A stretch of DNA of 64,000 bases from a virus. The notes under the pieces are model-generated. The model did not search any database and was not told the origin of the DNA. It was given only the letters and a program-made list of their open reading frames with translations. Below are positions 58,045 to 64,000 of the stretch, piece by piece (positions within the stretch are counted from its first letter, which is position 1; the number at the start of each line of letters is the position of its first letter). Location: the IMG/VR virus record IMGVR_UViG_3300034082_001419, positions 1-64,000 of that record. One strand, given 5' to 3'. The translations under genes and the position numbers were made by a program.

Positions 58045-59622
58045 TTAAAAAGCTCTTAGTGCACGTACTGCACAAGATGTTGTAGATTTATTAGTATAAC
58101 TTGTAGTTCCAAAGTCAAATGATTTTGTAATAGCTTCTGAAGCATTAAATTCTGTACTTGACCAATAAAGTTCATTTGCTGCAAGTACATCATAACCACC
58201 TACGGCATCTAATATTTTATTTACAATTGGTGCTACATTAAATAAATAGTTTAATTCCCATATAGCTGGTAAATACCAGTCTGTGAAACCACCATAAGTA
58301 TATATATCTGCTAATCCTGCTGCATATGTTCCAACTGCAGGTGCCCCTGTTTGTGCTACAATTGCATTAGTATTTGATAAACCATTATATCTATTTTTTG
58401 CACCAACACCTGGTACAGTTGTAGAATCATATGCGGGTATTGCCCATTCAATACCATAACTTAAATTAAAAAGTGAAGCAATTAATCCTTTTTCTATACC
58501 TGCTTCTTTCCATACTGCTATTACTATACCACCACCATATAGTTCACCTATATAATGTGTGAATGCTCCAGGCACTGTTACATCAACAGTAACATCACCA
58601 ACACCTGTTGTAGGAGTTAATGTTACATTTGTTCCAGCAATAATTTTTGTAACACCTCCATTAACCAATGGACTTGCTGGTGTTCCTAATCCTGTTATAG
58701 TTGTACCATCAACTGATATTTTAACTATTGGATTTAATGGATCTGTATTATCTGTGTTTAATCCTGTTACTGATCTTACAGTAGGCGCATTTCTTAAGTC
58801 TTTAACACAAGCCCATAAGTTATTTATTGTACCTGCAATTGTTGCTGTTGGTGTTGTCCATAAACCAGCGTACTGTGCAGACATTTGTGCAGCAGGATTA
58901 ACTTTTGATAAATCAGTTGCAGCTACTGTTTGATTAGAAACTGCTGTAGATAATGCTCCTGTATTTCCTGTTGCTGCAACAAATGGAAACCAAATTTGAT
59001 TTACATATGAATCAATAACAACATTAATAGGTTGTGTACTTCCTGCAGCTAATATTGGTACAGAAGGTAACTCATATGCCATTACCATTGTAGGTGTAGT
59101 ATATGAAGGAGGTGGTGTAGTTTCTAAATCAGTTACTCTTACATCTAGATTATCAATTTGATTTTGTTGTAATGTTATTGTAGTTACTAATGTACATATT
59201 CTTGTACCTATAGTAGTTACATAATTTGTTAAATTCATAGTTGTAACTCCACCTGTTACAAAACACGGAGCAACCTCAACAAAACAATCTGTAGGACAAC
59301 CTGATGATGGTACTGGTGGAGTTGCACCTCCTCCTGAACTTGGTGTTCCATTATCTAACTCACATACTTTAACAATTAAAAAATTAATTAAATCTGTAAA
59401 GTTTTGTGGAGAACAATTAGCTAAACTAAAACATGTAAGATCATATGCTGTAATATTTAATGTATCAAGTATTGTACATATTTCTAATGCAATTTTTTCA
59501 ACTACATCTGTAATATTATCTCCTTTACATAAATTAATACATTGTAAATCTGGTCCACCCCAAATTACACAATTTGAAGATGTAGGGCTACATGGAGAAT
59601 TATCAAAGTTTAATGGTTTCAT
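58045..59622 (-). CDS. Tail-fibre-like protein with a C-terminal DUF1566/Lcl-type C-lectin domain
   Basis: YIGELYGGGIV, GGFTDWYLP...EL and YWSSTE...VRALRAF motifs; Cys-rich N-terminus. Confidence 0.7.
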   Translation of the reverse strand: MKPLNFDNSPCSPTSSNCVIWGGPDLQCINLCKGDNITDVVEKIALEICTILDTLNITAYDLTCFSLANCSPQNFTDLINFLIVKVCELDNGTPSSGGGATPPVPSSGCPTDCFVEVAPCFVTGGVTTMNLTNYVTTIGTRICTLVTTITLQQNQIDNLDVRVTDLETTPPPSYTTPTMVMAYELPSVPILAAGSTQPINVVIDSYVNQIWFPFVAATGNTGALSTAVSNQTVAATDLSKVNPAAQMSAQYAGLWTTPTATIAGTINNLWACVKDLRNAPTVRSVTGLNTDNTDPLNPIVKISVDGTTITGLGTPASPLVNGGVTKIIAGTNVTLTPTTGVGDVTVDVTVPGAFTHYIGELYGGGIVIAVWKEAGIEKGLIASLFNLSYGIEWAIPAYDSTTVPGVGAKNRYNGLSNTNAIVAQTGAPAVGTYAAGLADIYTYGGFTDWYLPAIWELNYLFNVAPIVNKILDAVGGYDVLAANELYWSSTEFNASEAITKSFDFGTTSYTNKSTTSCAVRALRAF

Positions 59623-59656
59623 ATCTTTTGTATATATTATAATATAAGTATTTTAA

Positions 59657-60694
59657 TTAAGAATTACAACCACATCCGCAATTTGTAGTCTGCTGACATG
59701 AGTTATTATTACATCCACATCCACAATCAGTACTATCTTGACAACAGTCACTAAATGGTTTACATATGTAATCAGGATTATTTATTGCTTGAAGTTCTAA
59801 TAATTGATATTTTATATCAAGTCTGTATAGTTCTTCTTCATCACAACATGGTGCAATACCATATCTTTGAGCTATTACATCTTTATAAAGTATTTCAGAA
59901 TATGCACAAGCAATTCTTTCATAGTATTGAGTTGTACATGCAGGAGAATTATAACCTGGTCTTATACTTTTAAATGCTACACCTGATGGGCATTTACCAT
60001 CTATACATGGTCCATCATTTGTATATATTTTTGGTAAAGTCCATCCTATTGGGTATATCCATTTTAATACACAATACTTTCTACTTATTGTATTAGCACC
60101 AAGTGTTATATCTTGAATAACATTATCACAATCTTCATATTGAAATACTTGTGTTGTTGTACTATTATTTGTTATGGTGCTACAGAAGCAAACTGTATTA
60201 GTTGTGCAGACTTCACATGTAGCAAATTCACTAGCTATTATTACTAAATCATCAGATGAATTAATATTAGTTGTTGATACTGACCAGCATGTATCTGGAT
60301 AAAATGTAAGTTTAACTATTGAAGATAAATATGCTGATACATTAGTTGTAGTATATATACTTGGTCTTACACCATCACAATCAGTTAATTTATATCTTGG
60401 TGCAGCACACTCAACACAATTAGGATAGTTGTTTTGTAAGGTAACTGTAACTGTTGACGGAACATTACTGGTAAATACAGTAAGATTAAAACAACCTGGG
60501 TATTCATCTACTGTAATTGTTTTTCCAGCATATGCAGATAAATTTACTGAAGTATAAATTATTAATGGATTTGAAGCATTACATGATTCAAGTCTATAAT
60601 ATAACGGTGGTAAACACGCAGCACAATTTGGAAATGTTTCTGTTACTGTTGTTGGTACGTAACCAGTTTCAAAGCTAGGTTCAGGAAACTCCAT
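59657..60694 (-). CDS. Cys-rich structural protein with internal repeats
   Basis: Repeats Y(R/K)L..C.....IYT..N.SAY....YP..C(F/W) and CxxC; C-terminal CGCGC clusters. Confidence 0.6.
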   Translation of the reverse strand: MEFPEPSFETGYVPTTVTETFPNCAACLPPLYYRLESCNASNPLIIYTSVNLSAYAGKTITVDEYPGCFNLTVFTSNVPSTVTVTLQNNYPNCVECAAPRYKLTDCDGVRPSIYTTTNVSAYLSSIVKLTFYPDTCWSVSTTNINSSDDLVIIASEFATCEVCTTNTVCFCSTITNNSTTTQVFQYEDCDNVIQDITLGANTISRKYCVLKWIYPIGWTLPKIYTNDGPCIDGKCPSGVAFKSIRPGYNSPACTTQYYERIACAYSEILYKDVIAQRYGIAPCCDEEELYRLDIKYQLLELQAINNPDYICKPFSDCCQDSTDCGCGCNNNSCQQTTNCGCGCNS

Positions 60695-60715
60695 AATATT
60701 TATTTTTTTTAATTT

Positions 60716-61564
60716 TTAAGCTCTATTATAAACAAACTGAACAATTGTCCAACAAGCACCTGGATACTCAGCAAGTTTAACAGTTTGATCTAATGCATAT
60801 GGAAATGCTAACTCTTGATCTTCTGATTGTATTTTAACTCCAGTTACACAATTAGTTAATTCATATGTATAGTAACAAGGAATATCACCATCACAAAAAA
60901 GATTATTAGTAAAAATCTGATAATCAGTTCCCGTAACTGATGGATATGAACTTGAACAAATTACAGCTGGTGCATCAGTAGTTGTAAACTCACTATAGCC
61001 ATCAAAATATGTTATAACACCTGTTCCAGTAACTGTATAACAAATTGGTTCACATTGGTCACAATATGCATCACCATCAATTATTACAGTAGTAAGATCA
61101 CCAACAGTTTCTGGTACAACTGTAACATACCAACATGGATTTGGTTCCAAGTAAGTATATGCTAATTGATTAATATAGTTTATACAATCTGGACATTCTT
61201 GATAATCAGTATATATTACATCACTATTTATACAATTAACTAATTTATATTTATACTGTGAACAACTACTACATGTATTATAATAACCTTCACTTGCTTG
61301 AGCAATTTGAGCATTAGTTATTGCATTTGGATAATAACCTTCTCCTACTGCTTGCCAACAATACGGAGATATATTACCATTAATGTTTAACTTGTAAACT
61401 TTATTAAATGTATAAGTTAATACTGGTTGTATTATTCTATAAACAGTATTTACTGTTGGATCACAAGATACAAAATACACAACAGTTGAACCAGCATAAT
61501 CTTCTAAATCAAAATCAAAATTGAGAAATCTTTCTCTTTCACCTGTATATAAATCTAATCTCAT
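60716..61564 (-). CDS. Cys-rich structural protein, same repeat family as 59657..60694
   Basis: YKLVNC...IYT...CWYV and YELTNC...VKLAEYPGACWTI. Confidence 0.6.
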   Translation of the reverse strand: MRLDLYTGERERFLNFDFDLEDYAGSTVVYFVSCDPTVNTVYRIIQPVLTYTFNKVYKLNINGNISPYCWQAVGEGYYPNAITNAQIAQASEGYYNTCSSCSQYKYKLVNCINSDVIYTDYQECPDCINYINQLAYTYLEPNPCWYVTVVPETVGDLTTVIIDGDAYCDQCEPICYTVTGTGVITYFDGYSEFTTTDAPAVICSSSYPSVTGTDYQIFTNNLFCDGDIPCYYTYELTNCVTGVKIQSEDQELAFPYALDQTVKLAEYPGACWTIVQFVYNRA

Positions 61565-61698
61565 GGTTTCTTTGGTTGTTGTTTAAGTTTAACTTCATAA
61601 GCTGAAATACAATTTGAACACACTTGTGCTTTATTGGATGCTACTCTTTTTTGACATCCACATGATAATCTTATTTTGCAGTTTGGACAGTTTGCCAT
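61561..61698 (-). CDS. 45-aa microprotein with six Cys (not in the ORF track)
   Basis: MANCPNCKIRLSCGCQKRVASNKAQVCSNCISAYEVKLKQQPKKP; ATGA overlap with the next gene. Confidence 0.65.
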   Translation of the reverse strand: MANCPNCKIRLSCGCQKRVASNKAQVCSNCISAYEVKLKQQPKKP

Positions 61699-61717
61699 CT
61701 TGTTGGTTTTTAATGGG

Positions 61718-62260
61718 TTAACAATTTTTACATTCAATTTTTTTCATAATCTTTAAAGCATAATTGTAAAGTGACATACCATGATTTGGTTCATGACAAA
61801 ATTCAACTTTTGCTTTTGCAGCATCTAAATACATTTTAGCTGTCTTTAAGATTTCAAGTTTCTTTTTAATATTTGCTGGCGGCTCACACGCAGCAAGATC
61901 TAATTTACATAAAATATTATTATAAATATTTAATGCTTTAGTAATTCTTAAATGATTGTACTCAACAAATACCTGATCATTTGGAGCTACACTATATTTA
62001 ATAGCATATACACCATCAGGTAAATCACTTAATGTATCTCCACATCCTTGTGATTGTAATTGTAAATCACATGCCGTTAATATTGTATTTGCTCCTGGTA
62101 CAGTAGTAAGTTGTGTAGAATAATTAAATCCCGGCACTGTTACATTTAATGCAGGACAAGATACATTAATTGAATCTGAGTATACACTTGTATCAAGTAC
62201 AGACATAATGCATGTATTTAATACAGTTGGTATTTCTAAACTTAATATATGATGTGCCAT
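61718..62260 (-). CDS. Putative structural protein
   Basis: 180 aa; LPDGVY.IKYSV.P motif; lies in the structural block. Confidence 0.55.
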   Translation of the reverse strand: MAHHILSLEIPTVLNTCIMSVLDTSVYSDSINVSCPALNVTVPGFNYSTQLTTVPGANTILTACDLQLQSQGCGDTLSDLPDGVYAIKYSVAPNDQVFVEYNHLRITKALNIYNNILCKLDLAACEPPANIKKKLEILKTAKMYLDAAKAKVEFCHEPNHGMSLYNYALKIMKKIECKNC

Positions 62261-62269
62261 AATAATTTA

Positions 62270-62305
62270 TAAAAAAAGGGAGGGAAAACTAGTTCACCTC
62301 CCTTT
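62270..62305 (-). terminator. Rho-independent terminator
   Basis: On the - strand aaagggagg...cctccc followed by a T-tract; downstream of the 437-aa gene. Confidence 0.7.
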
Positions 62306-62330
62306 GTTAGTAATATAATTTTACTTATCC

Positions 62331-63644
62331 TTAAGGAGCAGGAGCAAGTGGAATACGTGGAGTACATGCTGTAACTGCATCAATAACTTCTAATTCAGCA
62401 CAATCATTACAATTAGATAACCAGTTTGTAACAAAGTTTTCAAATTGATTATCAACACCATCAGTAATAATTTCTAATAAGTATTGCTCATTATCAAATG
62501 TACTTGTAGGGTTATTGAAACGTGGAACTGAGTGTTGTAAATAGTATCTTGTGTAGAAAGAATTTCTATCAATAGTATTTAAGATTTCATTTCCTTGTGT
62601 GATCTCTCTTATTCTTAAATCAGAATGGAAGAAGTTTTGTCTGTATCTTTCTGATAAGATTACATCTCTTGCAACTGACTCACCTAGACCCATTGCTTGT
62701 AAACCTTCACATTCAGTAACTACACATAATCCTTCAAATTCACATGGAGCACCAGCATAATCAACTAAAGAAGCATACAATTTAACTGGCTCTTTTTCAT
62801 AGAAATCAGAAGTTTGGAATGTACAGTCATCAAAACTAGTTCCAACATACGCACCATACAAAGTAATACCTGCGTATTGACCTACTGTGTGTCCTGGAGA
62901 TACATAGTTATCCCAAGTACCACCAATTGAATATCCAGCTGGAGCAACTAAACCTGATACATTAGTTCCTGGTGCATACCAAATTGAATTATCTTCTGCA
63001 GTAACTACTGGTAATACAAACGGAGAGATTACAGTTTTAGCTGAATTAACAATTGTATTTGGTAAACTAACACCAACAATATTTTGAGCCCATTGGATCA
63101 TTACTAAAGTACCATCAACTGGAACTGGAGCAATAGAACCTGCTGGACAACATCCTGTGTAAGCTTCAACAGTTAAGTAAGCATTGTGATTTAAAAATCT
63201 TAATGCAGGAGAACCTTTAACGTCAATACGTAAAGAATAAGTCTCATCACATAAAAATTCTTTTTCACATGAACCACCAGCTAAAGCGTTAAATGGAGTG
63301 TATCCAATATTGATTACATTTTGTTGAGCAGCGTTTGGATCAACTCTGTAAAATCTATTTACATACTTAGGATTAATAAGTTTAGATTTATTAGACTCTT
63401 GGTATCCACCGTGAGATCCAATTTTATCTTTAGTATATAAAGATCCTGAAGCAAGAATTAATGGGCAACAACTTCCCTCCATAGGACCACTTGTACTTAC
63501 TAATTCCCAAGTTTTAGGATCAACAAATGCAAACTGACCAGTTGCTAAAATGTTACCTGGTGTCCCTAATTGACCGTTTGCTAGGTCTGTGAAACCTTGT
63601 GTTCCAACGAAAGCCTTTTGAAAGGCATGATTAAAATAAGCCAT
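62331..63644 (-). CDS. Putative abundant virion structural protein
   Basis: 437 aa, own upstream motif and downstream terminator. Fold not determined. Confidence 0.5.
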   Translation of the reverse strand: MAYFNHAFQKAFVGTQGFTDLANGQLGTPGNILATGQFAFVDPKTWELVSTSGPMEGSCCPLILASGSLYTKDKIGSHGGYQESNKSKLINPKYVNRFYRVDPNAAQQNVINIGYTPFNALAGGSCEKEFLCDETYSLRIDVKGSPALRFLNHNAYLTVEAYTGCCPAGSIAPVPVDGTLVMIQWAQNIVGVSLPNTIVNSAKTVISPFVLPVVTAEDNSIWYAPGTNVSGLVAPAGYSIGGTWDNYVSPGHTVGQYAGITLYGAYVGTSFDDCTFQTSDFYEKEPVKLYASLVDYAGAPCEFEGLCVVTECEGLQAMGLGESVARDVILSERYRQNFFHSDLRIREITQGNEILNTIDRNSFYTRYYLQHSVPRFNNPTSTFDNEQYLLEIITDGVDNQFENFVTNWLSNCNDCAELEVIDAVTACTPRIPLAPAP

Positions 63645-63708
63645 GATTTTTTTAATTTTAATTTATAAACATATATATAATATACTAAAACATTTTGTTT
63701 TAGCAAAA

Positions 63709-63999
63709 TTATTTTAAAAATAATAATTTGTACTTAGTTGAATTAATAGCATCTTTAATAAGATCTAAATTATTTACTATTTCTGAATAAGGTAGTTTAC
63801 CTTGTAATTTATTTATCATTGCATAAATATCTCTAAGATAATTTACACCATCTGCTACAGTGTCAAGAGTTCTTGGAGCAACATCTTTACAAGCTAAGAT
63901 TTTTTCAGAAACACCTTGATAACCTTCTATAAGAGTATCAGCATGTCCAGGTAGACCATCATAAAAATCTCCTATTGCTATATGTGCAGCATAAGATCC
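63709..63999 (-). CDS. Partial ferritin/Dps-like (DUF5856-like) protein, 5' end outside the window
   Basis: Translated by hand: SYAAHIAIGDFYDGLPGHADTLIEGYQG...INSTKYKLLFLK*; H...FYD.L...D...E.YQG pattern. Confidence 0.6.
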   Translation of the reverse strand, partial: GSYAAHIAIGDFYDGLPGHADTLIEGYQGVSEKILACKDVAPRTLDTVADGVNYLRDIYAMINKLQGKLPYSEIVNNLDLIKDAINSTKYKLLFLK

Positions 64000-64000
64000 T

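Noticed and set aside
3689-59973. Short antisense or overlapping ORFs from the track (e.g. 3689..3892, 9336..9614, 29412..29732, 42536..43015, 58559..58933)
   Set aside because: They are shadows of longer real genes, with biased composition and no recognisable motifs.
62331-63644. Major capsid protein call for the 437-aa gene
   Set aside because: Size and a dedicated terminator fit an abundant protein, but no HK97-fold features could be recognised by eye. Left as a structural protein.
1-64000. Stop-codon reassignment (TAG or TGA), known in some crAss-like phages
   Set aside because: Very long ORFs are intact under code 11, and TAG/TGA end genes at sensible boundaries. The two apparent premature stops (5620, 7940) are explained by introns.
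1-64000. Local DGR reverse transcriptase, template repeat or accessory gene
   Set aside because: No ORF shows RT motifs and no non-coding AAC-rich template was seen. If present, they lie outside this window.
1-64000. tRNA, rRNA genes or CRISPR arrays
   Set aside because: Intergenic gaps are short and none showed a cloverleaf or repeat-spacer pattern by eye. A tRNAscan/CRISPR scan was not run.

Overview
This is an AT-rich segment of a large tailed phage genome, most consistent with a crAss-like (Crassvirales-type) phage of a Bacteroidota host. It uses the standard code 11. The + strand arm (1-17.4 kb) is a replication/recombination module: AAA ATPase, SSB-like protein, DnaG-type primase, PD-(D/E)XK nuclease, family B DNA polymerase and a MazG-like pyrophosphatase. 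That arm also holds a metallopeptidase-vWA / MoxR-type ATPase gene pair in which both genes are split by group I introns carrying homing endonucleases (LAGLIDADG and GIY-YIG). The - strand arm (17.4-64 kb) is the virion module: a 3307-aa virion RNA polymerase (DFDVD motif), large putative ejected/cargo proteins, tail stabilization and ring proteins, an IHF-like protein and Cys-rich fibre/structural proteins. The most notable signal is a 611-aa gene with three tandem C-type-lectin-like (Fib_succ_major-type) domains. At least two of their 3' ends look like variable repeats of a diversity-generating retroelement (DGR), although no reverse transcriptase or template repeat is visible in the window. 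Other signals are a near-perfect antisense copy of the spliced exon junction inside intron 2, paralogous genes bracketing the vWA-MoxR pair, recurrent short peptide motifs in the cargo proteins, and shared upstream DNA motifs. All family calls come from reading motifs by eye; no database search was run.
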